DNA from: Bdellovibrionales bacterium
GTDB lineage: Bacteria; Bdellovibrionota; Bdellovibrionia; Bdellovibrionales; UBA1609
Assembly: GCA_965226095.1 (NCBI GenBank)
Contig: OZ245336.1
Location: forward strand, 143,472-207,471
DNA length: 64,000 nt
Direction: 5' to 3'
The notes beneath the pieces were generated by a model. The model saw only the letters and a list, made by a program, of their open reading frames with translations. It was not told where the DNA came from and ran no database searches. Within the stretch, counting starts at the first letter, position 1. Each line of letters starts with the position of its first letter. This document shows, one piece after another, positions 1-9,400 of the stretch. A program made the position numbers and the translations under genes.

Positions 1-207
1 ACCATTAATAAAAATGCCATTACTGGATTGAAGATCCACAATCGAAACGCCATGTTCATCCACTTCCAATTCAGCGTGTTTTTTAGAAACACCCGCCTCA
101 GGAATAACAATTTGACATTCCTCAGCCCTACCCAGAATATATTTTCCATCCTGAAGAGGTAATTCCTGTCCTGCTAGTTTTCCATTTAAAAATCTAATCG
201 CCCACAT
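1..207 (-). CDS. FHA domain protein (partial, C-terminus lies beyond window start)
   Basis: Own translation of the minus strand from ATG at 207: MWAIRFLNGKLAGQELPLQDGKYILGRAEECQIVIPEAGVSKKHAELEVDEHGVSIVDLQSSNGIFING. This is the FHA pattern (GR..C.I.....VSK.HA.L.....V.DL.S.NG..ING). Not in the ORF track because it runs off the edge. Its start overlaps the stop of the upstream gene by 14 nt. Confidence 0.75.
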   Translation of the reverse strand, partial: MWAIRFLNGKLAGQELPLQDGKYILGRAEECQIVIPEAGVSKKHAELEVDEHGVSIVDLQSSNGIFING

Positions 208-550
208 AGAGTTGTTCTCCTATCTGAATACGATGCTTCTTTAAAGCCGGAGTTTTTAACTCAAACACAGAATGAGTTTTGGAAAATAAAGAAGGACTCA
301 CTATTTTCCAAGGCAACACCTGTTGAAACACAGCACTCACCTGCAAAGCTTTTGTCACAAAAATCAAATCAATTGGAAAATACATAAAGAAAGTATGAAT
401 ACCACCCCAGCAGGGTTTAATCCAAAAAGCTTCTGATATAGGCATATCTTTTCTACCCATCAAACCTACTGTACGGGAAAAAAAAGTTTTGGCTTCAATA
501 ACATTTTGCGCCAATACCTGGTTGTTTGTTTTATTGATGAGGCGAAGCAT
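194..550 (-). CDS. DUF192/COG1430-like small protein
   Basis: 118 aa. The GLMGR...FWI.PC.GIHTFFM.FPIDLIFV pattern recalls the DUF192 family. A 2-nt gap separates it from the upstream tadC-like gene. Confidence 0.55.
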   Translation of the reverse strand: MLRLINKTNNQVLAQNVIEAKTFFSRTVGLMGRKDMPISEAFWIKPCWGGIHTFFMYFPIDLIFVTKALQVSAVFQQVLPWKIVSPSLFSKTHSVFELKTPALKKHRIQIGEQLYVGD

Positions 551-552
551 TT

Positions 553-1461
553 TTATACGCCTCCTCCATATATAAATTGAAGTCCTACAGGAGCAAAAAC
601 AGCAATAAACACAGCTGGCAAAATAAAAGCCACCATAGGAAGCAACATTTTCTGAGAAGCTTTTGCTCCTGCCTCTTCCGCTCGTGAAAAACGCTCATGT
701 CTCATTTGTTCTGATTTGGCTTTGAGTGTTTTAGCCACACTGGCTCCTGTCTCATCTGAATCAATAATCATCGTACAAACACTGGTGACTTCATCAATAT
801 CCAATCTTTTGGACATAGACATTAAAGCATCTTTACGAGAACTTCCTAATTTCAGATCTTTTTGCAAAATTAAAAACTCATCTCCTAACACGCTGTCTTT
901 CACTTTCTCTGTCAACTTTTGTATAGCTCCAAAAAAATCCAAGCCGGCTTCTGTACTCAAAGCCAATAAGTCCACAAAAAAAGGAAGCTCTATAATGATA
1001 GAACCATAACGTTTGTTTTTTTGACTGTTACAATACATTTGAGGAAAATAAAAACCAAAAACAGCTATTCCAATACTTGCTATATAAGGGTAGCCCATAC
1101 TCAAAGCAAAATTAGCTATAATAAAAAATAAAGGAAACATAGCTCCCCATAAAATCTGTAGACCAATAAACTCGTCGACATTGAGTTCTCTCTTTAAGCC
1201 TGCAGTCAGAATTCTATTTTCTACTTTTTCCCGATACTTTGGTGATTTGATTTTTTTAACATGTTGAAGAGTTAAGCTATGCACTAAGGGTCTGGAAAAT
1301 TGAATTAAGGGCATTTTAGAACGCACTGGTTCATCATCCTCTGCCCAGGCCAAAGAAGAAGCCCCACTATTCCTTCCGAACAAACTAATACAAAAAAGAT
1401 AAACAGCCAGTGCGCCTATAGCTAAACCAGCTATTAAAAAAATTAAGTCAAAGTCTATCAT
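553..1461 (-). CDS. Type II secretion system F-family membrane protein (TadB/TadC-like, Flp/Tad pilus assembly)
   Basis: 302 aa with an N-terminal TM segment and two C-terminal TM segments. The central LPFFVDLLALSTEAGLDFFGAIQKL block is typical of the T2SSF domain. Confidence 0.7.
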   Translation of the reverse strand: MIDFDLIFLIAGLAIGALAVYLFCISLFGRNSGASSLAWAEDDEPVRSKMPLIQFSRPLVHSLTLQHVKKIKSPKYREKVENRILTAGLKRELNVDEFIGLQILWGAMFPLFFIIANFALSMGYPYIASIGIAVFGFYFPQMYCNSQKNKRYGSIIIELPFFVDLLALSTEAGLDFFGAIQKLTEKVKDSVLGDEFLILQKDLKLGSSRKDALMSMSKRLDIDEVTSVCTMIIDSDETGASVAKTLKAKSEQMRHERFSRAEEAGAKASQKMLLPMVAFILPAVFIAVFAPVGLQFIYGGGV

Positions 1462-1904
1462 TCACTCCTCACCTTCCTTCATAAGTTATCGGTATTTTTA
1501 TTAAAAACATAAAAAAAACTGCAAATTTTATAGTTAATTCATAGTTTGAAGGCTCTACTTACAGAATTCTTATTCATGTGAAGCAGCTTATAAGAAGCTA
1601 AGTAAAAGTTTTTATAAGCAGGGCTTTAGACCTATTGTGTAAACATTTTTCTAAAATCCAATCCGGTGAATAGGATATGTTTTGCATTATTTCTAATGGT
1701 AAACTCTATTCAAAAAAATAAAAAAGCTAACGCATGGAATAAGTATTAGCTTTGTTGATTTTTTTTTTTTAATCTTCTGAGGCAAGAGCTGGATGCTTTG
1801 GTTTTTACAACTGTTCGGTAAAAATCTAAGAACAAGGATGTTCTTCTTTTAACTGGTTTCAATGGATTGAAGCTTTTGTAAGAAACCTTAAGCAGAGGAA
1901 AAAA

Positions 1905-2462
1905 ATGAAACTCGATCCAGATACTCTACTTACTAAAACATTCTCTCGTAAAAACTTTGGAGGATATAGTAAAACTGAGGTGGTTGATTTTCTTAAATCA
2001 ATGGCTGAAGAATTAAAAGAACACCTTAAGCAGAAACAGGACTTTTCTGAAAAACTCATGGAAACAGAAGCTTTTGTACGAGAGTATCGTGACCGGGAGG
2101 AAATGTTAAAAAGCACCATAACAACTGCACAACAAATGTCTAATAAAATTAAAATAGATGCAGAAAAAGAAGCGCAATTTATATTGGCAGATGCCAAGCA
2201 AAAAGCTGAAATAATTGTCAAAGATGCTAAAAATTCCTTAAAGAAATCTTATCAGGACTTATCTGATTTAAAGCGTTTGCACATTCAATTAAAAAACACC
2301 TTAAAATCTGTATTACAATCTCATCAGGATCTTTTGGATCAGGGACATTACCCTACAACGTTCACTGCTTCACAAAAAACAGAAAATTCAGAAGAAACGC
2401 TCATAGAACGAAAAGTGGCGGAAACACTCAATCAGGCTGTACAAGCTAAAGATTATTTATAA
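1905..2462 (+). CDS. divIVA: DivIVA-domain cell-division/polarity protein
   Basis: The N-terminus LTKTFSRKNFGGYSKTEVVDFLKSMAEEL matches the DivIVA signature (F....RGY...EVD.FL). A coiled-coil region follows. RBS-like GAGGAAAAAA lies before the ATG. Confidence 0.75.
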   Translation: MKLDPDTLLTKTFSRKNFGGYSKTEVVDFLKSMAEELKEHLKQKQDFSEKLMETEAFVREYRDREEMLKSTITTAQQMSNKIKIDAEKEAQFILADAKQKAEIIVKDAKNSLKKSYQDLSDLKRLHIQLKNTLKSVLQSHQDLLDQGHYPTTFTASQKTENSEETLIERKVAETLNQAVQAKDYL

Positions 2463-2534
2463 ACAATTTTCAATATCAGCTCTAAGACCTGTTCCAACTT
2501 GAATTAATGATTTGAACCAGTTAAAATTTTTTAT

Positions 2535-3242
2535 ATGAATTTTTATTTATTCTTTACATTCTTTCTACTTATAGCTTTTTTTCAATTGTCATGTATCGAA
2601 AACAACACAAATGAAAATGACACTCCCTCTTGTTTGCAAAATGAACAATGCACTGACCGTTGCAATGAGCTATTTAAAAGTAATGAGGAATCTTCAAGTA
2701 AATGTTTAAAATTAACAGAAACAGAAGTGAGTAAAATAGAAAAAACTCTTTCCGCTATTAAAACACAACAATGGAGCAGCATTGATGAACATGAATTAAG
2801 AGCACTCTTAAATATCAATAAAGATCTCTGGCTTAAATATATTCATACCAATCGAAAACATGCTCAGGAGATGTTGTTGTGGCTGGCAGAAAACCCTGAT
2901 ATTGGAAGACAAATGAAGGACACCGATGAAATTTTCAGAAAAGCTTTTAAAACACTGTCACAAACTCAAGGAAATCGGGCTTTTATTGAAGGGTTAAAGA
3001 CAATCATAGACACAGAAAATAACAAAACTTTTCTCGAAATTTGTGCTGAAAAAAATAACGATCTTCCTTTTGAAAAGGTTCATAAAATCTTAGTTCAAGA
3101 GTGCAATAACAGCACATCTTGTATTAAAAGCCTTTATTGTGATCTGAATAAGGCCCTTGTATTTGCCAAGCTTAACAAGTTGGGATTAGGTGGCGAAGCT
3201 GATCAGGACGGAGACAGCTTACATAGTGACGAATGCACATAA
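2535..3242 (+). CDS. Hypothetical secreted/possible lipoprotein, Cys-rich
   Basis: 235 aa. Hydrophobic N-terminus ending FFQLSC. About 10 Cys residues. No family recognised. Confidence 0.5.
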   Translation: MNFYLFFTFFLLIAFFQLSCIENNTNENDTPSCLQNEQCTDRCNELFKSNEESSSKCLKLTETEVSKIEKTLSAIKTQQWSSIDEHELRALLNINKDLWLKYIHTNRKHAQEMLLWLAENPDIGRQMKDTDEIFRKAFKTLSQTQGNRAFIEGLKTIIDTENNKTFLEICAEKNNDLPFEKVHKILVQECNNSTSCIKSLYCDLNKALVFAKLNKLGLGGEADQDGDSLHSDECT

Positions 3243-3246
3243 TTTG

Positions 3247-5007
3247 TTACATTTGTTCCGGTGCGGAAATAGCCAGGTAAGACAACCCTTCTTTTAAAAC
3301 CAATTGCACTGCTTTTACCAAGGCCAGGCGGGTGTTTTTTTTCTGTTCATCCGTAAGAGAACCAATAGGACAACTTTGGTAAAACTGTGAAAATTTACGG
3401 GCTAAATCAAACAAGTAATAACACACAGAAGATGGTTTCATTTGGCGAGTGCTTTTTTCCATAATCAAAGAAAACCAAGATAGGTGTATCAGCAATTGCC
3501 ATTCTTCTATTTGCTCAATTTTTTGTAAATCATAATTTTTTACTTTTTTATGTTTGTTTAACAAAGTACAGGCTCTGGCGTGGGCATATTGAATGTAGGG
3601 ACCGGATCGGCCGTCCAGTTTTAACCACTCTTCCATATCAAAAACGATTTTTTTATTCATGTCCTGTTCATTCATGCCGTACTTAATAGCTCCCTCGGCA
3701 ATGATCTTGGCAGTGTGATTAATTTTCTTTTCTGTCCATTGCTTGTTCTCTTTATATTTATTTAAAAAATTAGTTTTTATATAAGACTGCATAGTATCTA
3801 TCAACTCCATAATGGGAACAATATTGCCTGCACGGGAACTCATGGGACCGGATTTTAATTCCACAAAATTATATTTGAGATGTTGCGATTTTTTTGCCTG
3901 ATCAGGAAAACCTATTTGACTAAACACTTGTAATACCTGTTGAAAATGTTTTTCCTGCCTTTGATCCACAACATAAATATTTTTAAAAATTTTAAAATCT
4001 TCAAATTTTTTCTTTATCAGATATAAATCCTTCGTGGCATAAAGACCGTTGCCGTCTGACTTCAAAAGTAAGCAAAACCCCAGTTTTTCACCTAAATCCA
4101 GACCAATGGCCCCTTCGGAGAGTTGCAGTTTTTTCTGACGATAAAGCTCTTTAATCCATGCCACAGAGGGTTTATCCACTTCAGACTCCCAGTACCACTT
4201 ATCAAAATTAACGCCAGCCCACTGATAGATCTCCTTCATTAAATCATGGCTCCACTTTCTAGTCTTTTTCCACAGAAGATAAAACTCCCCTTTTTTCTTA
4301 TAAAGCTGTTGCAAAATCTCTGTGATTTGTTGCTCAGTGATTTCCTTATTATTTTTTTGTTCTTCTTCAAACATCCGCCAGGCCCCAGTATAAACTTTCC
4401 CCAGCCATTCCCCTTTTCGATGAGCTGGCACCCTTTCTTTATTATGGTGCTTTAAATACCACAAACATTTGGCCACATGAGTGCCAGAATCCCCTGGAAA
4501 AGTGCATGTTTTGACTAAAAATCCTCTTTTTTTCAACAAAGTCACCAGTGCCAGGCCGAAACAGAGGTTTCTTAAGTGACCGATATGCAATTCTTTATGC
4601 GTGTTGGGCTGAGAGTATTCGATAAGATAAGAGGTTTTTTGTTTGCCTCGATTTTTCATATCAAACAATTGCCCTTTAAGAAGAGGTTTTAATAAATATT
4701 CATTTAGAAAATCCGGCTGAAAAAATAAATTCACATAAGATCCTTCAGCATGGGCTTTTGTAAATACAGAGGACTGAGAGCAGTCTTTTGCCAATGATGT
4801 AGCTATCTCACCTGGATTTTTTTTAAGAGCTTTGCTGAGGAAAAAACAGGGCAATGCCCAGTGGCCCCACTCTTCCTGTGGTGGGCTGGTAAATACGCCT
4901 GCCAATTCCTCTGCTGACACCTGCACCTTGAACAGCTTGAAAATTATTTCTACCGTTTCCTGGCAGAGTTTTTTTGTAAAAGTATCCAGAAAAAGAGGCT
5001 GTTCCAT
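3247..5007 (-). CDS. argS: Arginine--tRNA ligase
   Basis: 586 aa. Class I HIGH motif (PNTHKELHIGHLRN), an MSSRAGN (KMSKS-equivalent) motif, and a C-terminal DALR-type anticodon-binding region. Confidence 0.93.
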   Translation of the reverse strand: MEQPLFLDTFTKKLCQETVEIIFKLFKVQVSAEELAGVFTSPPQEEWGHWALPCFFLSKALKKNPGEIATSLAKDCSQSSVFTKAHAEGSYVNLFFQPDFLNEYLLKPLLKGQLFDMKNRGKQKTSYLIEYSQPNTHKELHIGHLRNLCFGLALVTLLKKRGFLVKTCTFPGDSGTHVAKCLWYLKHHNKERVPAHRKGEWLGKVYTGAWRMFEEEQKNNKEITEQQITEILQQLYKKKGEFYLLWKKTRKWSHDLMKEIYQWAGVNFDKWYWESEVDKPSVAWIKELYRQKKLQLSEGAIGLDLGEKLGFCLLLKSDGNGLYATKDLYLIKKKFEDFKIFKNIYVVDQRQEKHFQQVLQVFSQIGFPDQAKKSQHLKYNFVELKSGPMSSRAGNIVPIMELIDTMQSYIKTNFLNKYKENKQWTEKKINHTAKIIAEGAIKYGMNEQDMNKKIVFDMEEWLKLDGRSGPYIQYAHARACTLLNKHKKVKNYDLQKIEQIEEWQLLIHLSWFSLIMEKSTRQMKPSSVCYYLFDLARKFSQFYQSCPIGSLTDEQKKNTRLALVKAVQLVLKEGLSYLAISAPEQM

Positions 5008-5191
5008 ATTATATGACTTATTCCTTGAAGCCCTTATTTTATCAGAAGATTAAAAAAATGGCTTTAGGTTTTGCACTCAGAACGGAGCATAAATACTTAA
5101 ATGTTTATATAAGAGTAACCAGAAAAACCATACTTCTCAAAAGATGAGGGAAAAACCTATTTGATAGAGAAAATAGAGTGGCTTTGTATAC

Positions 5192-5225
5192 AAAAAAAGC
5201 AGGCTTTTTACGACCTGCTTTTTTA
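5192..5225 (-). terminator. Rho-independent (bidirectional-looking) terminator downstream of the 5257..6129 gene
   Basis: AAAGCAGG (5196-5203) pairs with CCTGCTTT (5214-5221) around a 10-nt loop. An A-run sits on one side and a T-run on the other. Confidence 0.6.
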
Positions 5226-5256
5226 AATAATTAATTTTACTTTATTAAGTAATAGT

Positions 5257-6129
5257 TTAGTTGGCGTATCTGCAGTTTCGCTTTATTTCCCACCTTTTTG
5301 CTATTTGTGCTCTTTCTTCTCTTATATTCATTACTTCTGTTAAAGCAACATCAAAAGATTCTTTGAATGTTTTTCCAACACGCAGATTTCTAGAAGTATG
5401 TACAAGCACACCAAAATAGTTAGGACGACCTTCTGTCCAGGATAAAGCTTCTACCAAGTTATGTAACATATCACGTACGTTCTCTACTGCTGCTGGATCC
5501 TGGTTGTCTGGATTTCGTACATCCTTTTTGCCACTAACTCTGGCAATAAGATAAGCTATCGCTTTAACTTCTAGAGCTGTGAGCTGAGCCTTACCTTCAA
5601 CAACTTTTTGTTGGAATCCCAACAAATTATCTTTCAGACGTTTGTCAATAACTTTTCTACCTTTTAATGTTACACCATTTACAACATCACTTAATCTAGC
5701 TACTGTTTCAGATTTTAATTTATTTGTAAAACCACTCAAAAGCCCACGGCTCTGGTTTGCTGAAGCTAACGAACCAATATCAAATCCTTGCTTTACAACT
5801 CGTCCATTTTCACTAGTACGAGCGCGTACATTTTCACTAGTACGAAGTAAATCCCCATTTCTACCTGGATCCAATGCTGGATCCAATGCGTCCTGATATA
5901 GATCTCTAACATGAAACATAGGACTAGGAGGCTTCACAGGCTCACCTAATCGAGCGCTCTCTGTAACTTTTGCAGCATTTAGATCAAGCTGATTAACAAG
6001 ACCTTGATAAGCATCTTTTGTTCTCAATGCTGGATTTTTAACGTCTTTTGTTCGCCCTTTTGCTTCACTATACATGCTGGCAAAAAGCAGGGTTGAAAAA
6101 ATAAGTGTAGATAAAATTTTCGTGCTCAT
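5257..6129 (-). CDS. Hypothetical secreted protein (orphan)
   Basis: 290 aa. Signal-peptide-like N-terminus MSTKILSTLIFSTLLFASMYSEAKG. Micro-duplications are present (DALDPALDP; RTSENVRARTSENGR). RBS AAGGAG lies upstream. No family recognised. Confidence 0.6.
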   Translation of the reverse strand: MSTKILSTLIFSTLLFASMYSEAKGRTKDVKNPALRTKDAYQGLVNQLDLNAAKVTESARLGEPVKPPSPMFHVRDLYQDALDPALDPGRNGDLLRTSENVRARTSENGRVVKQGFDIGSLASANQSRGLLSGFTNKLKSETVARLSDVVNGVTLKGRKVIDKRLKDNLLGFQQKVVEGKAQLTALEVKAIAYLIARVSGKKDVRNPDNQDPAAVENVRDMLHNLVEALSWTEGRPNYFGVLVHTSRNLRVGKTFKESFDVALTEVMNIREERAQIAKRWEIKRNCRYAN

Positions 6130-6266
6130 GTTATTACTCCTTCTTCTTTTAACAATTCTTTATAACAATTTCTAAAACCAGCTTGTACTACAAAAAATCA
6201 AAAATCAAAAACCTTTTTTTCATTTTTTTATTTAAGAATGAAATATTTTCATAGTTTTAATTTTTC

Positions 6267-6283
6267 TGTGAAAATTTTTCATG
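6267..6283. promoter_or_regulatory. Candidate operator, palindrome TGTGAAAATTTTTCATG
   Basis: Lies in the divergent intergenic region between the 5257..6129 (-) and 6477..10946 (+) genes. The 14-mer GTGAAAATTTTTCA recurs at 6376-6389, and a close variant sits at 35775-35791. Confidence 0.5.
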
Positions 6284-6374
6284 CTTTCTCCCTTTATTAT
6301 AGTCACTATTCAAACCCAAAATCAAATTATCATAATTAAAATTAAATTCCCTTACTGTATGATTTTTTAATAAC

Positions 6375-6391
6375 CGTGAAAATTTTTCACA
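6375..6391. promoter_or_regulatory. Candidate operator, palindrome CGTGAAAATTTTTCACA
   Basis: 7-bp arms GTGAAAA/TTTTCAC around a central T. It lies 86 bp upstream of the 6477 start. Centre-to-centre distance from the 6267-6283 copy is 108 bp. Confidence 0.5.
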
Positions 6392-6476
6392 CAGCCCAAA
6401 TATTCCTTTTGTTTTTCTTTTCTTGCCTATATATTGACTCAAAACAGCAATTATAAGCAAGAAAAAAGGATTTTAA

Positions 6477-9400
6477 ATGCAAACATCTTTATTTTATCGA
6501 TTTTTACTCATATTACTTTTGCTCTTCAATCCCATCAGCTCTTTAGCAAATAAAGGCGAACCTCCTAAAGACGGTGAACCTCCAAAGGAGGATCTAAACA
6601 TCCATATCGATAGAGCTGATCGAGAGGAGTTAAATAAATTTAAGCCCTCTAATATTACTCCCGCTGATGTAAAGTTTATGGAAAAGCAATTTAAAAAGCT
6701 GGGAGAAAACCTTCAGAACCTAGAAGGAGGTATCATACACAATTTTACAGGCGAACGCACAATAAGAGATCAAAATGGTAAAAAAATGAAAGTACGGGTA
6801 CGAGGGCCGATAGAGAAAATGCGCTATCAAACACGACATTTTCCAGCAGAAGCTTTTATTTTTTATTCCGCTATTGGTGCCACTATGGCCACTAAAGCTT
6901 GGGTGGAAGCTGGGAATGGGCGTACAGACCCTATGTGGCTCAGTAATTTATATCATGAACTCACCTCTCCGGTTGGACTATTCAGTTTTTATTGTTTTTT
7001 ACTGGCCAGCGGACAAACTGGATACGCTTTCGCCAAATTATGGAACCTGGAAAAAAAATTAGCAGGTGTGAAAGCTCAAATGGCAATAGTTCAAGGAGCA
7101 AAAAATTCCGGACAACTCACAAAAGAGTTATTAAAAAGACAAAAAAGATTACAAAGAGGTTTAAGGTGGCAAAACACTATTGTCGGGCAAGCAGGTCTGG
7201 CAATGGGTATTTTTGCTTCTAATGTAGTGACAGAATTTTATTACGTCATGCAAAGCCCAACTTGGGATCATTGTATAAAGGAAATATTCAGGAAAGATAA
7301 AACATTAATCTCCCAAAACCATGCGCTTCAGTGTGATTTACTTGCTGATGAAGCATGGGATACAATTCGTTCATGGGGTCCAGCTGTACTTTCCGTATTA
7401 TCAGCTTCCTTGATTTCCTCTGCACTTATGGAAGCCTCTGCAATTAATAAAGGGGTGCAAAAATTAAATAAGCTAAGACATGGCATAAAAGAGGGAATAG
7501 CCGACATAAAAACACAAGAAATACCAGTTAAAAAACAAATTAAATTGCCTTTTATCAGCAATCTAAATATTAAATATTCACCCACTACTTTAAGCAAGTG
7601 GAGAAAATATGTCGCACTGGCTACCCTTACTCCTATTGTTAAGGTTGCACAATGGGGTGTTAAATTTATCAATCTGGTCGGATTTATGTTGATCGATGAA
7701 CATTTGACCCACAAAATGTTTGAACCAATAAATGAATATTGGATTTTAGGAGATCTAAGAGGTGGTATAGACAACTTTATAGGACAATATGCCCGCATGA
7801 ATCCAGATGAAGATGGCCTAATATGTGAAACAAATAATGATTGTGAATATCATCCCGTGCTGGTATCTGCCCATGAAAGCGCTCAGCAATTTTCACAATG
7901 GAGACAATATAAATCACTTATACTTACGGGAGCTCACCATAATTGGCTGATGTATATCAATAAGGCCACAGGCGCTGCTATGGCGGCACAACAAATTTAC
8001 ACCCAACTTGTCCAGGCATCTACTGATTTACATTCTAATTTTAATAAGGAACATTATTTTATTTCCGAAGAAGATTCTTTTACAGAATATGAATCAACAT
8101 TAATTAAAGATATGAGGAAAACTGGAGCTGAAATTAGTGAGCTTGAAGAAAATATCACCAGGCTGGAGAAGAGCTTAGAGGAGTCTTCAGAAGAAAACTC
8201 ATCTTCTGAAGAACAAAAAATATTTGCTCCTCTTGATTTAATTTCTAAATCCAAGAGACAAATTACAATGGCAGAAAGAATTAATCTATTTGCAGAAGCT
8301 CTAGATGAATTAAAAGACTATAAAAATGCAAATAATATTAATTGTCAAAACCAAACAGCTAAGCTTCAACAACTAGAGTTAGTGAACCCTAATATTTCCC
8401 CTCACCCGGACTATTACTTCCTACAATTAAAAAGGACCTCCCAATCTTCTTATTTATGGACAGATGCTGAAAGAGCTTGCATTTTAGAAGCTATGTTTAA
8501 CACCATTTATTCTTCTAATATTGAACCATTTTTTACAGATAGTGATTCAGCAAAACAACAAGCTGAAGATATTATTAAAGCTACTATGGGTGGCATATCA
8601 GAAGCAGAAGAACTCCGTACATGGGGTCGTGATTTACTAAGAAAAAAAGTGTTATCAGCCGGATTGGAGCTTCTTGGAACAATATCCATACAAATGCGGC
8701 GTAAAATTAATGATGAAGCACATATTCCAGTAATAAATAGTTATATTCCTCGATCTGACAAAAGACAAAAAAGAATTGATGATCAGATAGCACAAAATAT
8801 TTTTGTGAAACTACATGAAAAAATGAAAGTAATCAGATCTTATCCTCGTGGTGAACTCTATACACAAAAAATAAATAATCACTATAACAACCTTACCGAA
8901 CAGGAAGGTCATCAGTTCATACCAGCATTGTTTGATTTTAACATATTCCGCAATGATCGCATGACAGATTTTATGCTGAGTTCATTCTTATGTGGTGAAA
9001 ACGAGGAGATATTTAAAGATATTAATCTTGATCGGGGTGGTATTTTAAACAGATTAGATCAAGGGGATCACCCGACAGATATAATAGATGATGAGCTTTC
9101 TGCTGTAAGCAGGAATTTTAATGGTACATATTACACATCAGTATTGCCTCGCTTTCCAGCTTTGAAACTAAGTGATCAAGAGTTAAGCCAATTATGTTCA
9201 GAACGTATAAACACTCTAAGTACTAGAACCGGCGTTTCCACGAGTTATCTCCCTGTCAAGGTAGGTAATAGAAGTTATCCCAACCTTTTACATTTGGTAT
9301 TAGATAATATTGACATAGAACAATTAAGAAATCTTGCTATCCCTTTCATGGAAAAAGACAAACTGGAAGATATAGAAATGCTCCAATCAAGCATAGAAAC

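Noticed and set aside
1462-1904. A 440-bp gap between the tadC-like gene and divIVA, containing a weak AT-rich hairpin followed by a T12 run (about 1725-1772), considered as a possible small RNA.
   Set aside because: The stem is short and AT-rich, I recognise no conserved RNA family features, and divergent promoters explain the gap. The evidence is insufficient.
1859-2221. 120-aa minus-strand ORF overlapping divIVA.
   Set aside because: It is antisense to a well-supported DivIVA frame, and its product is Ser/Cys-rich and low complexity.
6257-6460. 67-aa minus-strand ORF in the divergent intergenic region.
   Set aside because: It has no RBS and a lysine-rich, low-information product. It spans both palindromic operator candidates, so a regulatory region is the more likely reading. 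A small protein cannot be fully excluded.
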